NCBI GenBank assembly: GCA_016906335.1
Contig: JADEYG010000009.1
Location: 1,550,001 to 1,614,000 of the forward strand
DNA from: Novakomyces olei
Lineage: Eukaryota
Direction: 5' to 3'
Length of the DNA: 64,000 nucleotides
Shown: positions 23,789 through 35,241 of the stretch, one piece after another
Layout: every line of letters begins with the position of its first letter
How positions within the stretch are numbered: the stretch's first letter is position 1
The notes under the pieces: generated by a model
What the model was told of the DNA's origin: nothing
The model's database searches: none
The model's input: the letters and a program-made list of their open reading frames with translations, nothing else
Program-made: the position numbers and the translations under genes

Positions 23789-24727
23789 AAGTATTACAGT
23801 ACGTCGTACTCCAAAAATTCCGAGGTACGATAAAGTGTAACACGATAACGACTAAAAATAATGCCATATAAAAATGGACCGATAATAGAGAAAATCGTGC
23901 CATACACGGCCATCCATCCATCCATTCCTTTACGGTCGGTAGTAATGGAGTTTCGGCATTGTTTTATTGGGCGAGAAATGAGCTGATAGACAGTTTAGAG
24001 TATTTAATTTGTTTATTGGCAGCATAAAAGAGCGACTATACAGACTGAGGTATGATCTAAATGGAGAAGATGCTTTGCGGAATAAGCATACTTGAGTATA
24101 TAATAATACAGCACACGTATATATATATAGTTATTATGATTGTATGGTTGGTTGGTTGCCTTTGGCTTTGAAACGGATATTGCCTGATCTAGATTCTGGA
24201 TTGATGGCTGACCGCTCGAGTCGATATATAAAAGTACCATTTGTGAAAAGCATTGATTTACTAAATGTGTAAAAGAGATCAAAAACTCGAGGGACGCGCG
24301 TATGCGATGCTATGAACAACAAAACCTGTACCTTTGGCGCTGTTAGTTGATTAGGAATTAAAAAGGAGGAAAAAGGAAGGAAAAAGGAAGGAAAAAGGAA
24401 GGAAAAAGGGAGCACATGAAAAAAGTTGAAGAAAAAAACGTAATAGAACCACGTCTAGTGTCCACGCGCTGTCGCATACAGCTCTTGAGTTGATGACAAG
24501 TAATCTAAAGAAAACAAGCATCCATGCCATCCAATAGAAAACCCTGCGCAAAACCCAATTTGAATAGATTAAACGCTTGAATATTCTACTGCATATACTA
24601 TCGATCGAAAGAGCTCAAGGCCGTATCGTCTCTGTCATTAGGCACAGACTTGTAAGCCTAAAGTTTGAAACGGCCCTGCGCCTGAGCCGCGGCGTATATC
24701 TTTACTTTGGGTAGTGTCTAATCCACT

Positions 24728-27258
24728 ATGAATATCGATATTGAGGCTTTAGCAGAAGCACCGTATCAGCAACACGAGGTAAGGAGCATTTACTGGATTT
24801 CTTTATAAAGACTCTTCAAACTGCCACCTTTTTACCAGGTGCGTTTTGTCTTTTTGTTTCCGTTTCATATGCGATCAGGCTATGATTCAGTGTACCGAAC
24901 CCAGAATGTCGGGGGTTTCTTTTATCCCTTCGCGTCTGTTTGTCGGAATCGAATTCTAAAGTCATCGTTTAGTATTTGATTGCCGGCCGTCATTTGTCTA
25001 AACGACACAATGGAAATACTGGGCTCATTATTGCGCTTATTTAAATGCTATTTTTGTTTAAGTTTATACAACTTTTGCGATCCGTTCTAATATCTCAGAT
25101 CCCGAATGGACCAAAGTCCAGAGATGAACAAAGTACTCGTGAGTTGGCCTCGTTAAGCGCATCTGCCCGCGGCGCAAGCCGCTCTCGTGAGAAAAACGGT
25201 GATGATTTGAGGCACAGATCCCCATCACGTTCGCCACCGCGTCATCGATCGCGGTCCAGAGATAGTCGGTATCGGCCTTCTCGTGAACTTGACCGTGACG
25301 ATCGTCACGCACGCCGTCCACGTCGACGGAGCCGCTCAACTGATCGTGATTCTAGGCCAAGTCGGAGGGATAGAGAGAGGGACAGAGAGAGGAACAGAGA
25401 GAGGGACAGAGAGAGGGACAGAGACCGGGATAGGTACCGTGGTCGAGACCGAGACCGGGACCGATCCCGTGATCGGTACCGTGATCGAGAGAGCGATCGG
25501 GATAGAGGCCGGGAGCGGTACCGTGACCGGGAGACTGGAAGAGATCGCCAAGATCGTCGTCCACGGGACAGAGGTGAGCGCGAAGCTTCTTTAAAAATAC
25601 GAACAGATGAAGAAAGAGACTATCTCACCATATTTGTCCAACAGCTGGCGGCACGGCTACGTACTCGCGAGCTCAGAGAGTTTTTTGAGAAAGCCGGGCG
25701 TGTGCGTGAAGCGCAAATAGTCAAAGACCGTGTCAGCGGACGGTCTAAAGGGTAAGTTGGCATATGGAGAAGATAAATGGAAGAATAGTAGTAGATTCAA
25801 AAAGAGAGAAAGATGTATTTTTCTACATGTATTTTCTGTATTCTGTTCCAACGGGACAGCGGGCCTGGTTTTCGTACTCTTCTAACTTGTAGTATTGGAT
25901 ATGTGGAGTTCGATGATGAAGAGGGGATTAATAGAGCGCTTGAAATGACGGGAACAAAACTACTAGGCATACCCGTAATCGTGCAGCGAACAGAGGCCGA
26001 GAAAAATAAACAGGCAAGAGAAGCAGTCGCCAAGTATGTTGATTATAGGATTTTCTATTTAAATTATTTTTTTTTTTGTTTCCTGATAATCATTTACAAT
26101 TGATTTCAATTCGTGATTTGTATTATGCCACCGAATAATCTATATTGGCTTTCCTTAAATCCTCCTTTTCACTCCTTACTGCATCATTCCCCTTCTATTT
26201 GGTTCCCTCTATATCCTTTCCCAAGTATTCAGTGGATCTCTATCGTTGGCCACATTCTAACTTTTAGGGCGCATAGAGAGGCCTCCAGTACCAAAGTACA
26301 AGTGGGAAACGTCTATTTCCGACTGACCGAGGACGACGTTCGCCAGGTCTTTGAATCGTTTGGTAAAATTGAGCATGTTCATTTGCAGCGTGATCAACAA
26401 GGCCGCAGCCGTGGATTTGGTGTTGTCCAGTACTCGGACGATACCTCGGCCCGACAGGCGGCTGCAAAGCTTCATGGCTTCGTTCTGGCCAATCGGCCTC
26501 TGCGTGTTAACATGGTAGGAGAGGAACCGCCATCACGTCCGAGCGGACTGGCTCAAGAAGACGCCGATGGATTCCGCGACGGAAACGACGGTGATATGAC
26601 TGGAACAGGCGATTCTGCTTCACGTATTTCTAGAGACGAACTCATGCATCGGCTGGCTCGGGCCGAAGAGGAGTCGCCGACTCTTTCTCGGACTCAATCA
26701 GCGTCGCCACGGCGTCAAGAGGCTGATACTGTTTCTCCGACTATGTTTTTGATGCTTACTAATTGCTTTGATCCTAAAGAGTAAGATATCTTTTTCTTTG
26801 TATTTAACTATTCAATTCGTCATATTTTATATTTAACGTTTATATTTATATTTTATTATATCATTTAAATGCTATTGGCGATATGACGATATATTCTTGT
26901 ACTCTTCTCTTTAGACCTTCAAAATTCTTCATTTAAACATCTTCACTGATGCATACGTGCTTTTGTAATCAACATATCTTTGCTAACAAGCAGGGAATCG
27001 GGCACCGAATGGGTCCAAGAACTAAACGAGGACGTTAAACTTGAATGTGAGGAGAAATATGGCAAAGTTGACTATATAACAGTCGACGGTAACAGTTCAC
27101 AGGGACATATTTATATCAAATTTGAAGATGTGCGAGATTCCAAGCGTGCTTTTGACGGGTTGAACGGCCGATGGTTTGGGGGAAGAACGATTTCTGCCGA
27201 ATTTATTTCGCCCCAAGAGTTTTCGCGGTATTGTCCTGATGCTAAAGTTGAGGCATAA
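24728..27258 (+). CDS. RBM39/CAPER-type splicing factor (Rsd1/Pad-1-like); exons 24728-24778, 25099-25751, 25893-26033, 26268-26780, 26994-27258
   Basis: N-terminal [14 protein letters not shown] domain, two RRMs ([18 protein letters not shown]) and a UHM with NGRWFGGR; all four introns canonical and in frame. Confidence 0.93.
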
Positions 27259-27643
27259 TGACGCCGGGAAAGTGGAATGATACGCTGATGCGTATAGAAG
27301 AAATACGTATAAAAAGATACACTGTCCAACTAAGTGTCCGCTATGCTCTGTGTTTATGCTTTACTCTGCTGATTGTCGATTTACTTACTGCTCAAGACTG
27401 TGTGCAATGCTCTTGCATTTAAATGTCTAATTTCTAGATAATTCATTATGATACACGCCAACGTGCCTGTACATATTTACCGACCCCAAAACAATATAGA
27501 TTTGAATCCAATAAAGCCTTCTAAAGAGAATAAAGTGAAACAAAAACGAAACAAAAAATAAGAGAAAGGTTCATATATGCTTTGTACATATATACAAGAA
27601 TTGTACAATTAGACAGGCACCAAAGCTTCAAGATTTCTCGTTT

Positions 27644-30346
27644 CTAAATCTTGAAGGTGTACGCCATTTGGGAAAATTTATCGATTTCGGACATCACTTC
27701 TCGACTAGCTTCTCCATTTTCCATTAATTTAATGGCCTTGTGAAGCTCAGACATTTGTGTATTACGAGAGCTATTGCTCAAACTTCGTTTAATATCGGGC
27801 CTTGATAGGCCTTTTTCGCCAAAGGCAGTCGCCATTCCAGAGCAGTTTGGCCAGTTTGGCCCTGTTGTACCCGAAAAATTGCTCCACTGATCGGTTTCGT
27901 CCTCGTCCCTCATAAACCCGATATTTTTCGCATTACTTCCGCCCTCAAAATGTACATAAACGTCGTTGTTATTTTGTGATTTTACGCATAATGGATCTCT
28001 TTTGAGCGGGGCATCGCCGTTGTTTGCGTGAGCTTTCATATCTGCAGAATTTGTATATTCGTTTAAAAGGGTATAATACCGATTCCCAAGCGACGAATTG
28101 AGTGGATCCGTCTCGTAAACTGTGATTGGCCTTAAATCTCCGAGATCCCATTCGGCCCAAATATCTCTTCGGCTGGCTGCTGAATGCCTTTGCCGGTGTA
28201 GTGAGGGCGACGAGGCAGAAGGCGCTATTGAAGATTGTGCGAATGAAGGCTGATCGACCCGTGATTTATCTGCGAATTTTCCCTGTTTTCGTTTAGGTGA
28301 AAGCTGTACAACTGCCGCTTGCAAGTTGTTTGAAGACTTTTCCTTTAGCCGAGTCCAAACTTCGTTCAAGTTTTTACGGTTTGCAGCAGAGCAAGTATCG
28401 GCAATAGAGGATTTGCCTCCAATACTATTGCTCTGCCAACCGAACTCTGACATGTCGAAATCGTGGCTGGCAAAGGATTGAGTAGAGCCCTTTTTCACAA
28501 CGCCCGTTCGATGACCCAAATTTTGTTTGATTTTTATGAGCCTCGTGGGTGAAAAATTGGGATTCGTGTCGCCTGCCGTGGCTTGCCTGGAAAATATTTG
28601 CCTAAATTGCTCAGCCGGTTTTTTGCGTGGTGAAGAAAACGCTGCAGGATCAGATCTATTTTCTTTTGCACTCTGACTATGCCGATCTGCCTTTGCAGGC
28701 TTGTGCTCGTGCATCTCAAAATGATCTGGAGAAAATGACGCGCCATCCATTGTAGACAGTGAGGGAGAAGAGGCAGCTTGATCCGCCTTTACGCTTCTGC
28801 CAAGGCTCCCAGTCGTTTGTGGCTGCGGAACTTTGCCAGTATCCGTCGAGGCTCGTTTAGGTGAATGATCCATCGCTTTCAGGCTGTTGCAAGCAAGAGC
28901 AAAAGAATCATGTCTTTGAGACAAGGGCAAAGAGCACTGAGAGCCTCCGGAATAGATTGTTTCAAAGCCAGAAAGCGTTAGACTGCTGTCCGACTGACTG
29001 CTGCCCGACTGACTTCTGCCCAGCGGGGATGAGTGAAGAGAGTTTGAAGAGGACGGCAGTTTTGGACTGTTCGCTTTGCTCCCAAAAGCGCCTTTACCAA
29101 GCCCCGGTTTTTCCCCATTTTTGTAACTTAATCTCATATTTCTATCATTCTTTTCCTGTGGGGTAATACCCAGGCTCGTGATGAGTCTAGCCGTTTCGTT
29201 AAGCCCACGCGTCCCTTGTTCGATGGTCGGCAGACGTTTGGGGTAACAAAACTTGTGGTTTTGAGGCATTTTTGACTTGGCGGTCGAATTTGTAGGGAAA
29301 GAGGATGTGGAGAAATCCGATCCAAGACCCGAATGAAGACCCGAGTCGAGACCAGAATCAAGCTGCGAATCGAATTGCAGGTCGAGTCCAGAGTTGAGCT
29401 TATAATTTTCGGGTTTAAAATGGTGTTGGGTAGAATCGACAGGGGCAAAGAAAGCGGCTTGTCGATGATTACCAGCAGAGCTGCTGTTTGAAGGGTACCG
29501 AAGCCGTTGGTCAGTGGAGGAAAAAGCTGCGGGAGAACGGTTAGGAAACACAAAGGGAGGCAGACTGCTCTTATTGCTTAAGGATGATTCTTCATCCACA
29601 TCCGGCTGCCATTTAGCCCTTCGACGGTTCTTTACAAAAGCACAGTAACAAGCCAAGACTGTTTGCAAAATGAGGAAAAGCGCTAAAAGCACCCAACCTA
29701 CAATAAGAGCAATCTGTGGAGTGTAGCGTTGAAGGCAGTGCTGATTAGATCCACAAACTGCGAGCGCAAGGTCTTGTGTGCTATTGCCTACAAAAGCACG
29801 AGACAAAAATACAAGAGTGAGGATAAACGCAATAAAAGGAACGAGGAAAAAGGCGGCAACCAAGGCAGAGATACTGAAAATACCCAGCCTTGAACTCGTT
29901 CGTGACGTAGCACGGAATAATGGAAGAGGAACTCTTATCTGCATCCACAGAATTAGCGCGTCAATAACGACCGTGCAAATGTAGGCAACAACAAGAGCAC
30001 ACGCCATTCCATTCAGGTACGAAACGGGGCAGTCTGGAATGCTCGGGCTCGCGTCTCCGTCTTGTCGACGGGTATGAGGAGCCGAAGCATTGCTGCTCGA
30101 CGAGGCAGATTTAGCCGCTGCTGCTGCTGCCGTACAGATACGGCCAGTGTGGGCGGCGACAAGGGCGTAATATACGGCGGATAGCAGACCAGGGATCTAG
30201 TAGCGTATTAGTCGAACTGCTAGAGCGGTACCAGATTGGTACAAGGGATAAAATTATGGAAATAAAGGACATAAAATTAAGCAAACAAAGAGTATTACCA
30301 TCGCAAAGGCCGCAGAAACGGAGAGGCCAGTATCGGAATCAAGCAT
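27644..30346 (-). CDS. Uncharacterised membrane protein with N-terminal TM helices and a long Ser-rich disordered tail; exons 30346-30299, 30196-27644
   Basis: Long ORF extended in frame to ATG 30346 through intron GTAATA..CTAATACGCTACTAG; 3-4 hydrophobic segments. Confidence 0.75.
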
Positions 30347-32065
30347 TTTGATGTATATGGTGTCCGTTCAAATTCGTTCCCATATGCGGCCTTTTTCTAC
30401 CTCTCTTCCTGTTCACTTTTGTTCCTGTTTTCTTTTGCTAGTTTCCTCCTCGTTAAGCCGCCGTTCGTCGTCACGTGAAACGAAAACCCAGGTACGAAAA
30501 AAACCAAGGAAATATACGGAGAGATCCTGTAGTCTGTAGTAGATTTGTCTAGCGCATTATCGACGACTGTCTGTTTAATACAGGAATTGTAAAAGGCCTC
30601 AAAGGGCGCAAAAGGTCAGGTGACGTGCACGATGAATTTTAAGATACACGTGTGCCGGGCAAAGCGGAGTATTTTATGCGCTGATTCACTGACTGCAGTG
30701 GCAACTGATAGTGCCAGCAGTTAGGTGAAACAAGACTTTAGCCGTCTGTGCGACAGTGCCAAAACTAGTACCGAAACCGCGGCGCTCACTGTGTTGACAC
30801 TATAAACAGTATTTAGTGCCATAATACGGGGATACGTTGCCCTGGCAACCACGGCTCAATAGGGAATTCTGAAGGTCAGGGTTTTCTACCTGTCAGCAGG
30901 GTTTTTTGTTTGGTCAGGGTGTTCTCTTTAGAAATTCCATTGCGTTTAGACGTGTTTTACGCCTATAATAATCGCAAAGGAATCTAGTACTGCGCTGTTC
31001 ACGTAATATTCGTTCCCGAAGTTTAAGCGTGGCACAAACGGTATCGGGGATCAGGAGGAGCAGCAAGATTAGCGTTGCGCTTATCGGTCTCAGCATTAGA
31101 TAAAGAAAGCAAAGCCGACTCATACTGACTATTACCGTCTGTCTCGAGACACATCAAGACACAGTCTCTGCCAAAGGTTTACCGAAGAAGGCCATTGCCA
31201 CATCGTACTCGAACGGGTCTGACTCGAACGGTTCTGAATCCACAGCATTCTCCCTCGATAGTGTGACTCCTTGGCTGTTTGTTGTTTACGCGAGACAAAA
31301 AGGCACGAGGCCTTAAACTCTTTGGTGCAGGCCAGCACGGCGCGTCTGTTAGACTTGAAGATCTGTTTATCGTTTACAAAGCCCAAATTGTGATCAAACT
31401 GATTTGCCACCGATCTTTCTTGTCCGACACCAAACACAGTGCCGCCAACCCGTATTTGCGTTGTGTAGCACAACGCAGGCAATTTGAAAGTTTCCTTGAC
31501 GTGCTCATTGCATGTGTATGAACTTTTAAGCTGTCCCTGTTTGTGTTTGCCGCGTCAATAATGTTGGCATAGCATCGCTAGTCTCCCGGCTTGTCTGTGT
31601 ATGTGTGTGTTTGGTGCCAACTCTCTCTAGTTGCGAATCCTGTATGAGACCCGACTCTTTTGTCTCTCGGACTTTTTCTACAATTTTTTACTCTGGTTTG
31701 CCGCGTGGGATCGAATGATCTGTGCTGTCTCTCCTCTCTGTTTTGAAAAGACTATTTCCTCCAGTAACCCGACCCCCAGTTTCTTGTCTACGCCAACACT
31801 GGTTTCTGATTGAATTATTGTTGACGTACTGTTAGAGGAAAGCATCGTTTCTGGGTTGCTTTGCTCTGCTCTATATATATATATTTTTTTTTAATCTAGC
31901 TCCTTTTATTTGGATAAACATTTGCGATCTGCGTGGAAGCTGGCTTGTCTGTCAAGTTGCCTCTGTGTGGCAGGTCTTTTATCATTGCCAGTGAGAGGGA
32001 CGATTTCCTAAGAAAGAATAAAAAACATTGAAAATCACAAAAAACGAAAAGCGAGCAAATCAGCA

Positions 32066-34093
32066 ATGAGTATGAGCGTCGCCGGACATGGCTCGATGAA
32101 GACTCTGACAAAGTCGGCTTCCGGCAACGAAGGCAATGACGAGTCCAAGATCAATGCTGACCGAATCCGGCCCGGATCCAAGATTGGTAGGTTTGTGGTA
32201 AAGCAGCAGCTCAACCATGGCTCGTACGGGACCGTTGTCCTGGCAACCAAAGCAAACCCTAAAGACAGCCCACACATTCCCAACACTGTGGCTATCAAAT
32301 GCGTGGCACGCGCAATAAATCCTAATCTCAACGACAACGATATGGAGCTCGTTATACTGAACAAGGTCAAAACTGCTCAGGCGGAGGAAAAGCGCTCTGC
32401 TGATCCCAGTCTGCCAGGGTATCAAAATGTTGTTGAATACTATGAGCATTTTTGCGACGACTACCACGTGTACATAGTGCTCGACTATTGCTCTTTGGGC
32501 GACGTTTATGAGGCGCTAATGCTGGGCAGATTGCCTTCGCCTGTCTCTGCGCCAGAAGCAATTCGTGCTCTTGTTCTCCAGATCATTGATGGCCTGGAAT
32601 TCTTGCACTCTATCGGTATTTATCATCGGGACTTGAAGCCAGAGAACCTTTTGCTTCAGCAGGACGGAGATAACGTGCTTTGCAAGATATCAGATTTCGG
32701 ACTTGCCTGTAACACTGCTCGAGCTCGTGACTTTGGAACGGGCAGTGAGCGGTACATGTCCCCCGAACAGTACGGAGAATCTTACGCTTCTACCGTCTTT
32801 GATGACAGTGACGCAGAGGCCTCTAGAAGCGTGGGTTACGATGCTGAAAAGGTGGATATATGGGCACTGGGAATTTGCATTCTGAACTTTTTGTTTCAAA
32901 AGAATCCCTTTAAAACCCCGAGCGAGCAAGATCCTATCTTTTCTGATTATTTGCGGGACCAAATGAGCCTGTTTGACGTTTTCCCCATAATGTCGACTGA
33001 CTCCTTTCGGGTTTTACAAGCCTGTTTGGCCATTGACCCGGGCAAAAGGTCACTGCAGGCTGCTCGAGAAGCAGTACTCGCTGTGCAGGAGTGGACAACA
33101 GACGGGGAAGTGTTGGAGGACGAGAGCGGCCCCTTGGACCAGCAAGCTCAGCTCTGTCTCGGCGACTTTTCTGAGGATGGACAAGTTCCTGGAACGACTG
33201 CCAATCGACAGCCTATTCGTACGCCGAGTATATCTGTTGCGACTTCGCCAGTGGCCTCTTCCACATTTAAATGGGCACAGACACAGGCACAGGCACAGGC
33301 GGCCGGTTTGGATATCTGTTCGCCAAAGCCTAATGGCAAAGCCAACGGAGCTTTGGGAGCTCTCTTGGAGGAAGAAGATGCTGCGTCTGATGGCGATGGT
33401 GAGGGCGATGGCGATTGCGCTATAATATTCCATACAACGCCATCAAAGAAAACCCTAAAAGGTTCCCTAAAAGGTTCCCTAAAAGGTTCCCTAAAAGGTT
33501 CGAGTGCCGATACAGGTTTGCAGGGCCAGAAACCGGTTTTCATTGCTCAAGGCGGCAACAACAGCAGCTCCTCTTCCGACTCGGGCCTGGGAACCAGCGT
33601 GGCCAGTCTGCCGTACAAGTATTCTCTGCCTCGAGCAAGTAACGCTACTGCAGCAGGAACAGACTACTTTTCCTTCCGGTCCGGTGTGGATGCTTCCCGA
33701 ACTCCACAGCCGATTCCGACAAATATGCACCGTCGCAATGCGTCAAACAGGGACTCGGCCACAGGCATAATGGCCAGTGCTCCAGCTGCGCATATAGATT
33801 TCCCTACTAGCGTGAAGGGCAACAAGGACCATTTGAAATTTGGACGGAGCTGGTGCGACTTGAGTGATAGTGACGATGACGATGACTTTGATAGCGTCGT
33901 TGGGCAGCATTCAATCTTTGAGCGCAGAGCCAATACTCCTCTTGGATTTAGGGAAAAGAGTATTGCCGGGCATGAAGGAGTCCGTGCAGAGTCTGGTGCC
34001 GTCGGGAACAAGACTCCGGGAGCGGAAAGCTCTGCTGCTGCCGGAGCAGGCTACGGCGATTGGGACGAGGAGGTTTTTACACAGGTGCTGTAG
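32066..34093 (+). CDS. KSP1: Ser/Thr protein kinase, Ksp1-like
   Basis: GSYGTV, VAIK, YHRDLKPEN, DFG, GSERYMSPEQ, DIWALGIC; family-like SLFDVFP and NRQPIRTPS segments. Confidence 0.82.
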   Translation: MSMSVAGHGSMKTLTKSASGNEGNDESKINADRIRPGSKIGRFVVKQQLNHGSYGTVVLATKANPKDSPHIPNTVAIKCVARAINPNLNDNDMELVILNKVKTAQAEEKRSADPSLPGYQNVVEYYEHFCDDYHVYIVLDYCSLGDVYEALMLGRLPSPVSAPEAIRALVLQIIDGLEFLHSIGIYHRDLKPENLLLQQDGDNVLCKISDFGLACNTARARDFGTGSERYMSPEQYGESYASTVFDDSDAEASRSVGYDAEKVDIWALGICILNFLFQKNPFKTPSEQDPIFSDYLRDQMSLFDVFPIMSTDSFRVLQACLAIDPGKRSLQAAREAVLAVQEWTTDGEVLEDESGPLDQQAQLCLGDFSEDGQVPGTTANRQPIRTPSISVATSPVASSTFKWAQTQAQAQAAGLDICSPKPNGKANGALGALLEEEDAASDGDGEGDGDCAIIFHTTPSKKTLKGSLKGSLKGSLKGSSADTGLQGQKPVFIAQGGNNSSSSSDSGLGTSVASLPYKYSLPRASNATAAGTDYFSFRSGVDASRTPQPIPTNMHRRNASNRDSATGIMASAPAAHIDFPTSVKGNKDHLKFGRSWCDLSDSDDDDDFDSVVGQHSIFERRANTPLGFREKSIAGHEGVRAESGAVGNKTPGAESSAAAGAGYGDWDEEVFTQVL

Positions 34094-34410
34094 GCCTGGA
34101 ATTTTACAGATATATAGTAAATAAATACTTTGGTTGGGTGGATGACTGGACACGTAAGCCATAGTCAATAGTCAATAAAGGTCTAGTTTGCTAATAGGAC
34201 TGCTCGTAAATAATAATTAAACAAAATGGTTGCTGTTTGCTGTAAATTGTATATGGCTCTGACAAGAGACGATCATAAACATATAAACTTATTAAATTCT
34301 TAAAAGACAAGAATTTTAGAAAAAAGGGTAAAGTGAAGCGATGCCAGATTCGCGGGCTGTACCTCAGCCTAAAAGTGTCCATGATAAAGCATTTTCTACA
34401 AGGCACTTTT

Positions 34411-34496
34411 TATAAAGCGCATTTTCTACAAAGCGCATTTTCTACAAAGCGCATTTTCTATAAAGCGCATTTTCTATAAAGCGCATTTCCTACAAA
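34411..34496. repeat. Tandem repeat, 16-bp unit (AAAGCGCATTTTCTAY)n
   Basis: About 5 copies visible. Confidence 0.85.
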
Positions 34497-35157
34497 AGCC
34501 AAGTATACGATTAGCAAAACCTGACCATGTAACCTTACGAGCACACTTTTATTTTTTCGCTACTTTTATTTCTTTTACTTTATTTCAGCTATGTAATAAT
34601 GGGTGCACTATGCATCCCAAACGCTTATACTTTCGGCTGCTTGCCGGCCGGCCCTTTACTAGAAAACCCTAACTCCAAATTTCAGCCAATAAGAATTACG
34701 CTAACGGTGATCAATACAGGCTCGACGTTGGTACGCACGCACGCACGAATAAATATATATATTAATATAAAAATAAATACGCACACACACATTAAAAACA
34801 TCAATCTGGAGTAGACGGATCGTTAATAGGTCGAAACGGAAACGCACGGCCGTTGAGACAGACGCTCATTCAACTGTCAGGGAGACTCCGGAATTTACCG
34901 ACTGTTTCCTTAAAATTCCCCCTCTCCGTCTGTACTCGTGCTCCCTGTTTCTGTACTTTGTGATTCGTAAGGAGGGGACCTTTCGAGTTTTTATACAATT
35001 TTTTCCAGTCCGTTTTTGCAGTACGTTTTGTCAGTACTCTACGTTGTATTTCACTCAGTCTACTGCAGTTTGTCGTGTGCTCTTTAAGTAATTGCAACGG
35101 CGGCGACGGGTTTTAAACAACATTTATTTCTACTAATTGTTTGCCGACAAGACTGCT

Positions 35158-35208
35158 CTAAAAAGCTCCTAAAAGCTCCTAAAAGCTCCTAAAAGCTCCT
35201 AAAAGCTC
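35158..35208. repeat. Tandem repeat, 10-bp unit (AAAAGCTCCT)n
   Basis: About 5 copies just upstream of the KGD1 ATG. Confidence 0.9.
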
Positions 35209-35241
35209 AAGCTTTACAACTGCCAAAAAAAATTTGACGCA

